64,000 nt of DNA from Candidatus Moranbacteria bacterium GW2011_GWE2_35_2- (GCA_000990585.1 LBQD01000002.1:56016-120015), one strand, 5' to 3'; shown: positions 29,853 to 39,472, counted from the first letter of the stretch. A program made the numbers and translations. The notes: generated by a model from the letters alone, not told the origin.

Positions 29853-32384
29853 TTAGGATATTTTTTCAAGAACGATATAGCGAATATCACCAGCTTCTTT
29901 TTTATTTTGAAAATAGCGAGTAAGTTTGTATTTTGATTGATTATTTTGAGTGGTATCTTGTAGGGAATTATCTTTTTCTGGCAGTGTTATTTTTAGCGTT
30001 TTTTTGAATTGCAGGATGTCTGTTTTCATATCAAAACGCAAAATGACAGTTTCCCTCCCTAATAGATTTTCTAAGTTTGCTGAATTTTTGGCGTTGCGGG
30101 TCATTTCTTCTTTTTCTTTGGAATCTGTTCCTTCATTGCGATAGGTGTATTTTTTGTTTTCTGTCGTGTCGGCCGTGATTGTTAAAAGAGGTTCGCCTGT
30201 ATTTTGATAATTTAAAATTATTCCATCAGCAATAAATCCAAATTTTTCGATATATTGTGATGTAATTAATTCTTGTGGAATGGCCGCGGCTTTGATATTT
30301 TTCTTTTTGCCTTCTGTTTTAACGGCATTGTCTAGCATTAAATTTCCAAGTTTGAGGTTTTGCAGTCCTGGAGCGACATTAAATGATCCGAAATATAATA
30401 TGTTATCATCAATTTTTTTGAATTTCAAAAAAGCTATTACTTTTCCCTTATAGCGCAAAACGTAGTATTTTTGACCGGCAGAATTTTCCAATTCTTTTTC
30501 TAAGCTGGAAATAATAGCCGAATGCATTTTTTCATTGCGTTGCCAATTCTCGTCAGCCATTTCTAGCATTTCTTTTTTGTCATTTTCATCCAATTCTTCT
30601 CCAAATCCGGAAATATCCAAATCCAAATCGCGGATCATTTCAAAATTGATTCCCTGTCCGGATTCTTGAAGGGATTTTAGCAGGGAAGACAAGATGGTTA
30701 TTTCCGAACGTTTCAGTCGCAGATTATCTATTAGTTCCGCCAATGTGGCTCTATCCGCTCCATTTCCGATGTTTTCTGAAAATCCGGTTATAATTGAACG
30801 GGCTTCTTTGAGAAGTTGTAATTTTATAGATGAACTTATGTCGAAATTCGCATTTTTTAAGAGCGTTTTTCCGATTTCCGCCGATTCCTTTTCTGCTAGA
30901 TCGATTATTTCAGCGACCTTTTCAAAAATCATAACGGCATCCTTTTTGGACATTTTTTCTCCGATATTCAGAATCTTTTTACTATCCTGCAAATCAAATT
31001 CGCAACTCAAAAAAGCTTTCAATCCGTCGAGTTTGTAATTATTCGCAAAAGAATATAATCTTTCCATTTCTCCTGAAAAACTCAGGTCATATGCGGCGGC
31101 GGCCAGCCATTGTTGTTCTCTCCAAGTAAGGTTGTGTATGCCGATGCCTGTTTTGGCGGAAAAATCGCCGGTGATTTTTTGGATAAAATCATAACTCTTG
31201 ATGGTTTGTAATCTTTTCGCGTAGTTCTCGGAGCTTTCTTCTTTTCTTTTTGGATTTTCTTGGGTGATATCCCAAGGGTAAATCCGGTCCAATGTTTCTT
31301 GTTTGTCCAAGATTGTGTACATCGTTACTTTGAAACCGTCTGGTATCTTTTTTTTATCTATTATTTCTTGTCTTTTTTTATTTTTTTCCTCTTCATCCAA
31401 AAGGTGAATGATATATTTTACTTCTTTGTAGTCTTGATTATTGGCTATGATTCCCGCTTTGTTTTTTTCCAATAGGACTACGGTTATGTTTTTTGCAGAT
31501 ATTCCTTTGAGCAGGGGCAATCCCAACGCTTTCTTGCCAATGGCATAGCGAACCCCATCTAAAGAAATATCGTAGCCTATTTCAGACAAGGGAATTTCTC
31601 TTCTTTGGATTTCGCCGCCTTTTTTTGTCGTGGCAAAGTGAAAGTCTGCCAATTTCAGCAATCCGCTGGTCAACAGGTTTTGACATTGGGTCGCAAGGGT
31701 TGTATGTGGATTTTGGTGGAAAGCTTCTTTCCCTTCGCCCAAATTGCCGATGTTTTTTCTTGTCCATTGGGCGGTTAATTTCGTGAAGTCTCCTTTTTCT
31801 TTGTCAAAAACAAGCAGGTTGCCGTCCGCATCCCTTCGTCCTTGATGATTTCGAAATATTTCAGTTGCCAAAGCCATTTCTTTTGTGCCGATTTCATCCC
31901 CATTTTCGGCTTTGATCCGGTATGACCATTTGCCGCCTAAATTTTTTCTGCCAGGCGCGGCGTATTGATCCCAATAGTTCAAATGATATTTTCCGTTCTT
32001 TATGTTATCCAAATCAAAAGCGGCTGCTTTGCTGGCGGGAACATTGAATAGTGGCATCGCTTCCGGCAACGGCTGGTTGTTCTGCCGTGCGTCGTCGTAG
32101 TCTTTTTTGGATATGACGGGCAAATTTCCCAACTGTTCAAAAAATAGTTGATAGACGTTGGAGCAATTGCGTCCATCCAGCGGGATTTCCTTTTCTTCGC
32201 AAATATTTTTTGAAACGGGCAATGTGGTGAATTTTTCCAAATCCAAAACCGGGAATCCCTCATGAAATTCCAATGATCCATTCTCTTGCAAAATTTCCAA
32301 AATTTTTTCGCGCGCTGATTCTTGTTTTTCTGCCCCGCGTTCTTGAGCGGGAATTTTCACACTGGGGAATTCAAAGGGTTTCAT
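29853..32384 (-). CDS. Large hypothetical protein (843 aa) with a C-terminal GNAT-like acetyltransferase domain
   Basis: C-terminal KYYVLRYKGKVIAFLKF...SFNVAPGLQNLKLGNLML...YIEKFGFI resembles the GNAT core (Q/R-x-x-G-x-G/A). No motif recognised in the N-terminal ~600 aa. The codon/GC style shifts within the gene: 5' half about 43-50% GC, 3' half AT-rich. Confidence 0.5.
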   Translation of the reverse strand: MKPFEFPSVKIPAQERGAEKQESAREKILEILQENGSLEFHEGFPVLDLEKFTTLPVSKNICEEKEIPLDGRNCSNVYQLFFEQLGNLPVISKKDYDDARQNNQPLPEAMPLFNVPASKAAAFDLDNIKNGKYHLNYWDQYAAPGRKNLGGKWSYRIKAENGDEIGTKEMALATEIFRNHQGRRDADGNLLVFDKEKGDFTKLTAQWTRKNIGNLGEGKEAFHQNPHTTLATQCQNLLTSGLLKLADFHFATTKKGGEIQRREIPLSEIGYDISLDGVRYAIGKKALGLPLLKGISAKNITVVLLEKNKAGIIANNQDYKEVKYIIHLLDEEEKNKKRQEIIDKKKIPDGFKVTMYTILDKQETLDRIYPWDITQENPKRKEESSENYAKRLQTIKSYDFIQKITGDFSAKTGIGIHNLTWREQQWLAAAAYDLSFSGEMERLYSFANNYKLDGLKAFLSCEFDLQDSKKILNIGEKMSKKDAVMIFEKVAEIIDLAEKESAEIGKTLLKNANFDISSSIKLQLLKEARSIITGFSENIGNGADRATLAELIDNLRLKRSEITILSSLLKSLQESGQGINFEMIRDLDLDISGFGEELDENDKKEMLEMADENWQRNEKMHSAIISSLEKELENSAGQKYYVLRYKGKVIAFLKFKKIDDNILYFGSFNVAPGLQNLKLGNLMLDNAVKTEGKKKNIKAAAIPQELITSQYIEKFGFIADGIILNYQNTGEPLLTITADTTENKKYTYRNEGTDSKEKEEMTRNAKNSANLENLLGRETVILRFDMKTDILQFKKTLKITLPEKDNSLQDTTQNNQSKYKLTRYFQNKKEAGDIRYIVLEKIS

Positions 32385-32631
32385 AGTTTTTTGGCTAGGC
32401 CTTATTTACTGATCTTATTTTATCACGCAAACAAAAACCGGCATAATTTCGCAGGGCAATCAGCGGGAATTGGAATAATGTTCCCAAGAGAGAGATTTGG
32501 AAAATCGTCCGAAATCCCTCCTTGCTCTGCGAAATTGCACCGATTTGAACCTTCTAAGAAGTTGCATGAAAATGCAAGCTCTATTGAAGTGGCAAGCGGT
32601 CAGATGACGCGCTTGCCCAAGTCTTTTTGTT

Positions 32632-33270
32632 CTATGCCAAATGCATGGCTCTGGCAAAATTCCAGTAGGCCAAAAAGTCTTTGTCGGCATTGGCATCAGC
32701 GTGCCAATCCGACATTTCCGGGTTGGTGATTTTTTTCTCATCGTACTCTTCAGATGAGAATGTCACATACCACGGATGGAGGTACCGGAACTCCTCCTTT
32801 ATATAGAGGAGTGTTTCCCGACGCTTTTTATTTAGGGGCGTCAGTCTGTGGTACGGAAGTTTTTCCAGGATGTCCTCATACATAGAGGGCATCGGAACTC
32901 CAGTTTCGTGCGCGCCAATAAAAATAGACGCATAGCAATCCAATGTATGAAATGCTATCGACACAAGAAGATCCCTCTTGTAATCAAGATCCCCAATCAT
33001 CTCAATTACAATCTTCCCAGTTACGCAGTCAGTGTCAGCATGACACCACAGCTCGTTGCCACTGAGATCGAGTGTCATTTCTGACCTTAAAACAGCTAAG
33101 GCCTTTTCAACCCCCTTTAGAATTCGCGGAGCGAATTTCCTTGTGGACAGGGACTCTCGTGACGTGACGTATCCCTTGACGCAATCATAACCAATTTGAT
33201 GCAAGAGGATTTCTTGCTCGGAAAGGTTATTTAAAGAGGAGGCTAAACGTTTAATCCTTCTTTTATTCAT
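32632..33270 (-). CDS. Hypothetical protein (GC-rich, Shine-Dalgarno-bearing; island gene)
   Basis: 212-aa ORF; RBS CCAGGAGAATACCATC-ATG; GC about 47% versus ~33% background. Confidence 0.45.
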   Translation of the reverse strand: MNKRRIKRLASSLNNLSEQEILLHQIGYDCVKGYVTSRESLSTRKFAPRILKGVEKALAVLRSEMTLDLSGNELWCHADTDCVTGKIVIEMIGDLDYKRDLLVSIAFHTLDCYASIFIGAHETGVPMPSMYEDILEKLPYHRLTPLNKKRRETLLYIKEEFRYLHPWYVTFSSEEYDEKKITNPEMSDWHADANADKDFLAYWNFARAMHLA

Positions 33271-33437
33271 GATGGTATTCTCCTGGAAGTATGTTGTTTT
33301 TAAGAAACTGAATGGCTACTATGAAATTTCGATATGTGTATCAAAGTTTCAATAATAGGGTGAACTTGTTAAATTACAACAAGTTCACCTTTAAGATATT
33401 TTTTATTTTGACTCAGAAATTTTCAAAAACTGAGTTC

Positions 33438-33947
33438 TTACAGTTCTAGCGTGAACTTCGAGGGGGCCAACTTTTCGTCCTCAAGATATTCATCGAGGAC
33501 AAAAATTGTTGCGCCGTCAGTTTTTTTGATGGCATATAACCCCAGCCAGATTAGTTCAAACACTTCCTGCTGCTGTTCTACTGGAATCACCTCCTTTAGT
33601 TTAGTCCAGAGCTTACTTTCTGGGATTTCAATAAAAGGAACTGTCGGGTCGATTTCTCCGACACCTTTCAGCGCTTTTTCAAAAAGCGACTCAAAGAGCC
33701 AAAGATCATCTTCCTCGAGCGTTGTTTCCGCCACGAGCTGGATATTAATCCTTAACGGATCAAATATCCCAAAACCCAAGTACGTTCCCTTTCTTCCATG
33801 CCAGTCGTTTTTTCTTTGGAAATAAAGTTCCCAAGAAAAATTCTGCTCTGGTTTCTCTTCTGCCCTCACCGTGGAAAAAGCCTTTCTATTAGGGGATGAG
33901 TTGAAGGCGTCGACTGCTTTGGCAAGGGCTTCTTTATAGTTTTTCAT
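33438..33947 (-). CDS. Hypothetical protein (island gene)
   Basis: Start trimmed to the ATG at 33945-33947, which is preceded by AAAAAGGAGAAAAAGTCC; 169 aa; acidic C-terminal half. Confidence 0.4.
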   Translation of the reverse strand: MKNYKEALAKAVDAFNSSPNRKAFSTVRAEEKPEQNFSWELYFQRKNDWHGRKGTYLGFGIFDPLRINIQLVAETTLEEDDLWLFESLFEKALKGVGEIDPTVPFIEIPESKLWTKLKEVIPVEQQQEVFELIWLGLYAIKKTDGATIFVLDEYLEDEKLAPSKFTLEL

Positions 33948-34004
33948 GGACTTTTTCTCCTTTTTGTTTTTTCTTCTACAAAAATACAAATTATTTGTAT
34001 TCTT

Positions 34005-34048
34005 GATTAAAGGGGAAAGTTTTAAGCTAACTTTTCCCTTGAGTTTTA
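34005..34048. repeat. Intergenic hairpin element, copy 1 (TTGATTAAAGGGGAAAG...CTTTTCCCTT)
   Basis: One of three related palindromic elements (also 34423-34468 and 34937-34985) with the shared 5' box TTATTGAAGrGGCAAG and 3' box CTTGCCCGT, sitting between island genes. None is followed by a T-run on the transcribed strand. Confidence 0.6.
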
Positions 34049-34366
34049 CGCGAGGTTTCGAGACTCAGCTGTGATTTTTTTATACCAACCATATCCACCC
34101 CATAGCTCCTTTTCTCCTATTTTTAAGCTTGAGGGTCCATCATAGCCCAGATGGATTTCAGCTTCGAAGTTAGTGCGAGGGGCATCTTCCCCCAGGATTT
34201 TCATCGTTTCTTTTTTAAGGAATGACTCGTATCCTATTCCCGAAGTGTTTACGGGTGGTATCTGTCCAGTGTGCCAGTCCTTACGGAGTTGACGGAGTGT
34301 TCCGTCATAGAGGTATTCGTATTCTCCGTTACTATCGTCATCGTCTACATACAGTATTCTTAGCAT
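34046..34366 (-). CDS. Hypothetical protein (island gene)
   Basis: 106-aa ORF with AAGGAG RBS. Confidence 0.4.
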   Translation of the reverse strand: MLRILYVDDDDSNGEYEYLYDGTLRQLRKDWHTGQIPPVNTSGIGYESFLKKETMKILGEDAPRTNFEAEIHLGYDGPSSLKIGEKELWGGYGWYKKITAESRNLA

Positions 34367-34422
34367 AGGTCACTCCTTTTTAGTAATTGGGTTTTATAAT
34401 GATGAATTTTGATGGAACGTAA

Positions 34423-34468
34423 CTTTTTATTGAAGAGGCAAGAGCGAATTATTTCGCTCTTGCCCGTA
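34423..34468. repeat. Intergenic hairpin element, copy 2 (TTATTGAAGAGGCAAGAGCG...CGCTCTTGCCCGT)
   Basis: See copy 1. Confidence 0.65.
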
Positions 34469-34469
34469 G

Positions 34470-34877
34470 CTAGAGGATTTCACCTATGACGTCAACATGC
34501 TCAAACTCATCCTCCCAGACATAGCGACAATCGTCGCATACACAACCCATCTTTTTAAAGACAGATTGTATTTTTTTTAGCAGTTTTTTGCCAACACCGC
34601 TTTCTGCGCCAATAAAGACGCCGGCGTTGACCTCGACTTCTATCTCGTGATATACGCGAGATACAGTCAATCCACTCATCAGCGTACACTCCTCCGGGTT
34701 AGTGCTTATTTTGCAACTAGAGTTGCATATTTTGCAGATAAGCGTGGGGTTATCAAAAATCTGCTCCTCAACACAAATCGGTATGGAGTAGGTGGTTTTT
34801 CCGATTTTGATTCCCACCTTCCTATTCATGGCGTAGTATTGCTTATCGATGACAATAGGGGATGTTGTTTTCTTCAT
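34470..34877 (-). CDS. Hypothetical Cys-rich protein (putative zinc ribbon)
   Basis: CxxC-type pairs: ICKICNSSCK...EEC and GCVCDDC; AGGAG RBS. Confidence 0.4.
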   Translation of the reverse strand: MKKTTSPIVIDKQYYAMNRKVGIKIGKTTYSIPICVEEQIFDNPTLICKICNSSCKISTNPEECTLMSGLTVSRVYHEIEVEVNAGVFIGAESGVGKKLLKKIQSVFKKMGCVCDDCRYVWEDEFEHVDVIGEIL

Positions 34878-34936
34878 GGCGTATCTCCTCTTTCTGGTTT
34901 TTTTGAAGGTACTTCTGAAAATTTATATTCCGACAA

Positions 34937-34985
34937 TATAAACTTTATTGAAGGGGCAAGTAGCTATTTAGCCTTTTGCCCGTTT
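34937..34985. repeat. Intergenic hairpin element, copy 3 (TTATTGAAGGGGCAAG...CTTTTGCCCGT)
   Basis: See copy 1. Confidence 0.65.
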
Positions 34986-35022
34986 TTTTCACCTCCTTTA
35001 CCAGTTTTTTTGGAGGAATTTT

Positions 35023-35316
35023 TCATCCGTTTGTTTTTTTGGAGAACATTAGTTTACTTGGATTTTCTTCGTCTGATAGAAATAAATATGCATCAACTTT
35101 TATTTGCTGTCTATATTTGTTATTGATTACAGCTGTGTTTGATTCATAATTATATCCACAAAAGTGGATATTGTGTGCTTTTTTCCAATTTATCCACCCA
35201 TCATCATCTAAGATGTATAATTCTCCTTTTTGGTGTTGTTTGTTAAGATTTTTTTTTGAGCCAAAAAAACTCCAAATCAAATTTATTTCTTCACCTATAA
35301 TAAGAACATTTATCAT
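35023..35316 (-). CDS. Hypothetical protein (island gene)
   Basis: 97-aa ORF with AGGGAGG RBS 7 nt upstream of the ATG. Confidence 0.35.
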   Translation of the reverse strand: MINVLIIGEEINLIWSFFGSKKNLNKQHQKGELYILDDDGWINWKKAHNIHFCGYNYESNTAVINNKYRQQIKVDAYLFLSDEENPSKLMFSKKTNG

Positions 35317-35565
35317 GATATTTCCTCCCTATTTTTTTAATGTGCTTTTTGCCAAGACCTATCTTTTCGCTCTCTCATCTTGACTCCGCAGTATAGCAGA
35401 TATTTTCCAAATTGTCAATAATATGTGGCTAAAAATAGAGCATATTTCACTAAATTCCTATAAAAAGCCAAAAGATTATGTGAAAAATAGGCATAAAATT
35501 GTCATAACAAATTGACAAAATACTTTTTATTTAATATAATAAAGATATAAAATAGAAAAAAAATT

Positions 35566-36327
35566 ATGTTTGAACAGTCATTGATTCAATTAGGTTTGAG
35601 CTATACGCAGGCGGCAGTTTATGAAGCCTTGCTTAAAAGTGGCCCATTGCCGGCTGGAAAGATTGCCAAGAAAACTGAATTTAAAAGAGGATTGATATAT
35701 AAAATATTGGAAGAATTGGGGGAAAGCGGACTAATTGAGAAAAAAGAAGAAGAAAATAAGGTGGCGATTTTTGAGGTAAAACACCCTTTGCAATTGCGTG
35801 ATTTTGCTGAAAAAAAGCAACAAGAGGCGCGGGATGCCAAGTTGGCGTTGGAAGGAGTTTTACCAGCAATTGTTTCCGAATTCAATTTGGTGTCGCAAAA
35901 ACCGGGGATTTTGTTTTTTGAAGGGGAAGAAGGTATCAGAGAAGTGTTGGCAGATTCCCTTAGTAGTCGTAGTGAAATTTATACTTATGCTGATATGGAA
36001 TCAGTGGTTAAATATATGGATAAGATAAATAAAGATTATGTTAAAAAGAGAAATAAGCTGGGATTAAAAAAGAAAGTTGTGATGATTGATAATGAATTTA
36101 CCAGAGAGTATATGAAAAAGTATTATAAAGAGACGACTGATGTTCGATTTATTGATCATGAATTATACCCATTCAGTGCGCTTACAGAAATATATGATGG
36201 AACAATTTCATATGTGACTGCGGAAAAAGAGAATAAGATTGGAGTTATCATTAAGAATGAAAGTATATATAAAATGCAAAAAGCACTTTTTGAGTTCGTC
36301 TGGAATAATGCAAAAAAAATAGATTAA
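35566..36327 (+). CDS. TrmB-family HTH transcriptional regulator (paralog 3 of 3)
   Basis: wHTH LSYTQAAVYEALLKSGPLPAGKIAKKTEFKRGLIYKILEELGESGLI; C-terminal FEFVWNNAKK motif shared with the paralogs; followed by terminator 36343-36370. Confidence 0.65.
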   Translation: MFEQSLIQLGLSYTQAAVYEALLKSGPLPAGKIAKKTEFKRGLIYKILEELGESGLIEKKEEENKVAIFEVKHPLQLRDFAEKKQQEARDAKLALEGVLPAIVSEFNLVSQKPGILFFEGEEGIREVLADSLSSRSEIYTYADMESVVKYMDKINKDYVKKRNKLGLKKKVVMIDNEFTREYMKKYYKETTDVRFIDHELYPFSALTEIYDGTISYVTAEKENKIGVIIKNESIYKMQKALFEFVWNNAKKID

Positions 36328-36415
36328 TGTATTTTGAAACATGAAACCGCACAACTTTGTGCGGTTTTGTAAGATTTTAGTGTCCAATCTAACCAAGAGA
36401 AATGTGGTGGGCAGA

Positions 36416-36673
36416 TTACATTGATGGCAGGTTGAGGTTGCCGGATTTCATTTCTTTTTGCATTTTCTTTTGAATGTTGAGCATAGCGGTGTTGATGGAT
36501 TTGAGCATATTTTTTTCCAAATCTTTGGACTCTCTAGCTTGCGGGCTAATTTGAACACTTACGACTTGCATTGCGCCGTTGACGGTGATTTTGATTCCTT
36601 TGTAATCTTCAGAGGAAGTCATCCCTTCCAAAAGCTTTTTCATTTGATACATTTGTTTCATCTTGTCGAACAT
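36416..36673 (-). CDS. ybaB: Nucleoid-associated protein YbaB/EbfC family
   Basis: MFDKMKQMYQMKKLLEGM...IKITVNGAMQVVSVQISPQ follows the YbaB pattern; 85 aa. Confidence 0.7.
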   Translation of the reverse strand: MFDKMKQMYQMKKLLEGMTSSEDYKGIKITVNGAMQVVSVQISPQARESKDLEKNMLKSINTAMLNIQKKMQKEMKSGNLNLPSM

Positions 36674-36939
36674 ACGGGGTTAATTTTCAATGTTTAATTT
36701 TTAATTTTTCCGCCCATGGCGGACCAGCCTTGGGCTGGCAAACAATTTTCAATGAATAAATTTTTGAATGATAAATTAAAATTAAGATTGAAATATGTAT
36801 AATAATTATATTTTTAATAATACATTGACAAGTTTTGATTTGCAAGGGAAAATCTATAGGTACTGTATATTTATTTATTTTAACGAATTCGGCTGAAATT
36901 ATTTGTATATTTGTAGCTGATTTGTAATTTTGTAGAAAT

Positions 36940-37995
36940 ATGAAAATTGGAATTGTGGGGTTGCCGAATGTTGGAAAATCAACCCTTTTCAAAGCATTAA
37001 CCAAAAATCCGGTGGATATTAATAATTATCCGTTTTGTACGATTGAACCGAATATCGGAATTGTGAAGGTTCCGGATGAGCGGCTTTTGAAGTTGTCCGA
37101 AATGTCGCAAACGGAAAAAATTGTGCCGGCAATTGTGGAATTTGTGGATATTGCCGGGATTGTTAAGGGCGCTTCGGAAGGTGAGGGATTGGGGAATAAA
37201 TTTTTGGCGAATATCCGCGAAGTGGATGCGATTGTGCAAGTAGTGCGGGTGTTTGAAAATGGAAATATAACTCACGTGCATAATAAAATTGATCCGGTTG
37301 GTGATATTGAAGTGATTAATGCCGAACTTATTTTGGCCGATCTTGAAACAGTTTCCAAAACAGAAGCGCGAATCGAAAAAGAAGTGCGGGGAAACAAAAA
37401 AGGCGCTGACAAGCAGATGGAAGTTATCCGCAGAATAAAAGCGACGCTGGAAAAAGGCGGTCTTGCCAATGAAGCGGAAGGACTTGAAGAGGCAATGAAG
37501 GAAGAAAATGGAAAAAATATTATTCGCGATATGTCCTTGCTTACAATGAAACCTTTTTTGTATGTGTATAATGTGGCGGATGTTCAGCAAAAATTGTCTG
37601 ATGATCTGGAAAAGCGAAAACATATTAAGTTAGATGTGAAAATTGAGGAAGAATTGATCGAAATGAGCGAGAAGGAAAAAAAAGAGATGGAATTGGTGTC
37701 GCATATCGATGATTTGATAACTGCCGCCTATGATCTTTTGGGATTGCAAACATTCCTGACAACCGGAAAAATTGAAACGCGCGCCTGGACAATCAAAAAA
37801 GGTGCGACTGCTCCTGAAGCCGGCGCGGCAATTCACACAGATTTTCAAGAAAGGTTTATCCGCGCGGATATCATTAATTGGCAAAAACTTTTGGAAATCG
37901 GATCTTGGGGGCGGGCCAAGGAACTCGGCGCGGTCAAAACCGTCGGCAAGGACTACATTATGCAAGACGGAGATGTGGTGGAATTTAAGGTATAA
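36940..37995 (+). CDS. ychF: Ribosome-binding ATPase YchF (Obg-family GTPase with TGS domain)
   Basis: G1 [19 protein letters not shown]; NKxD-like region; C-terminal [30 protein letters not shown]. Confidence 0.9.
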   Translation: MKIGIVGLPNVGKSTLFKALTKNPVDINNYPFCTIEPNIGIVKVPDERLLKLSEMSQTEKIVPAIVEFVDIAGIVKGASEGEGLGNKFLANIREVDAIVQVVRVFENGNITHVHNKIDPVGDIEVINAELILADLETVSKTEARIEKEVRGNKKGADKQMEVIRRIKATLEKGGLANEAEGLEEAMKEENGKNIIRDMSLLTMKPFLYVYNVADVQQKLSDDLEKRKHIKLDVKIEEELIEMSEKEKKEMELVSHIDDLITAAYDLLGLQTFLTTGKIETRAWTIKKGATAPEAGAAIHTDFQERFIRADIINWQKLLEIGSWGRAKELGAVKTVGKDYIMQDGDVVEFKV

Positions 37996-38106
37996 ACAAA
38001 CTTTTTCGGAAAACCTAGTGCGTAAGGCTCGATATAGCAGGAATGGCTTGCATGATTCCAAAAAATATGATAAAATGGAATTACTAATTCCATAATCATA
38101 ATAAAT

Positions 38107-39255
38107 ATGTATACTAGAATTTACAAGCCGAATAAAGACTTGAATCAAAGTTTTTTCTTGTTTGGTCCGCGTGGAACGGGAAAAACCACGTGGTTGAAGG
38201 CTAATTTTCCCAAAGCGGTTTATTTGGATTTGCTGGAATCTAAATTAAACAGAATATTGATGGCTTCGCCTGAAAAATTGGAAAATTATATTCCAAGTGG
38301 CTATTTTGGTTGGATTATTATTGACGAAGTGCAAAAAATTCCCGCCCTTTTGAATGAAGTCCATCGTTTGATTGAAAGCAAGAAGTATAAGTTCATATTA
38401 ACCGGATCAAGCGCGCGAAGCTTGCGAAAAAAAGGAGTGGATTTGCTGGCGGGGCGGGCGCTGACATATTATTTTCATCCACTAGTCAGAAAAGAGTTGG
38501 GAGAAAAATTTTCACTTTTGTATTCATTGAAATATGGACAATTGCCGATGGCATATAATTCTTCAAATCCGGAAAAATTCCTGGATTCATATGTGCAGAC
38601 TTATTTGCAAGAAGAAATTTTGCAAGAGGGTTTGACTCGTAATATCGGCAATTTTACCAGATTTTTGGAAATAGCTTCTTTTTCACAAGGACAGGTTTTG
38701 AATATTTCTCAAATTGCCCAGGAAACTCAGTTGGAAAGAAAAACAGTGGAAAATTATTTTGGAATTTTAGAAGATTTGTTGATAGGTTTGCGCCTGCCGG
38801 TTTTTAACAAGCGCGCAAAAAGGAAGTTGATTGCTCACAGTAAATTCTATTTTTTTGACACTGGAGTGTTTCGATCGCTCCGTCCAACCGGTCCGCTTGA
38901 TAGCGAGGCGGAAATTGACGGACCGGCTATTGAAACTCTTTTTTTGCAGGAAATACGGTCACTTAATGATTATTTGGAATTGAATTATGAAATTTTTTAT
39001 TGGCGCTCGATAACAGGAGTGGAAGTTGACTTTGTGTTATATGGCGCGAAGGGCTTGTTGGCTTTTGAAATCAAGCGAAAAGCAAATATCAATAACAATG
39101 ACTTGAAGGGATTGAAAGCTTTCAAGAAAGATTATCCGGAAGCGAGGTGTTTTTTGTTTTGTTCTACGGATAAGCAGGAATATCGCGGAGATGTTACTAT
39201 AATGCCGATTGAAAAAGCCTTGGATGATATGGATAAAATCTTGCAGGGAAAGTAA
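38107..39255 (+). CDS. AAA+ ATPase of the COG1373 / DUF4143 family
   Basis: Walker A LFGPRGTGKTTWLK; Walker B IIIDEVQK; C-terminal DUF4143-like region YFFDTGV. Confidence 0.75.
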   Translation: MYTRIYKPNKDLNQSFFLFGPRGTGKTTWLKANFPKAVYLDLLESKLNRILMASPEKLENYIPSGYFGWIIIDEVQKIPALLNEVHRLIESKKYKFILTGSSARSLRKKGVDLLAGRALTYYFHPLVRKELGEKFSLLYSLKYGQLPMAYNSSNPEKFLDSYVQTYLQEEILQEGLTRNIGNFTRFLEIASFSQGQVLNISQIAQETQLERKTVENYFGILEDLLIGLRLPVFNKRAKRKLIAHSKFYFFDTGVFRSLRPTGPLDSEAEIDGPAIETLFLQEIRSLNDYLELNYEIFYWRSITGVEVDFVLYGAKGLLAFEIKRKANINNNDLKGLKAFKKDYPEARCFLFCSTDKQEYRGDVTIMPIEKALDDMDKILQGK

Positions 39256-39371
39256 GAGCAATTAGAAATCAATGGTGAACTCGCAAAGTTTCTGCGAGTT
39301 CACCCTATTATTGAAACCTTGATTTCCAATGATTTGAAAATCGAAGTTTCATTGTAGGAGTTTTTTTTAAA

Positions 39372-39472
39372 ATCAATAAAGTTTCGCAAAGCGGGGAAAG
39401 AGAGGATTTTTTCAGATCTCTCTCCTGAAATATTTTTTCTTTCCGCTAAATGCTTTGCGAAACTTTGTTGAT
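39372..39472. repeat. Large inverted repeat (~21-23-nt arms around a ~55-nt interior that is itself partly palindromic) upstream of the histidine kinase gene
   Basis: Arms are atcaaTaaagtttcgcaaagcgg and its near-complement ccgctaaatgctttgcgaaactttgttgat; the interior is gagagga...tctctcc. Confidence 0.7.

Noticed and set aside
36687-37004. 105-aa minus-strand ORF spanning the ybaB-ychF intergenic region
   Set aside because: It overlaps the ychF start and promoter DNA and has low-complexity composition; the GC palindromes it covers are better explained as regulatory DNA.
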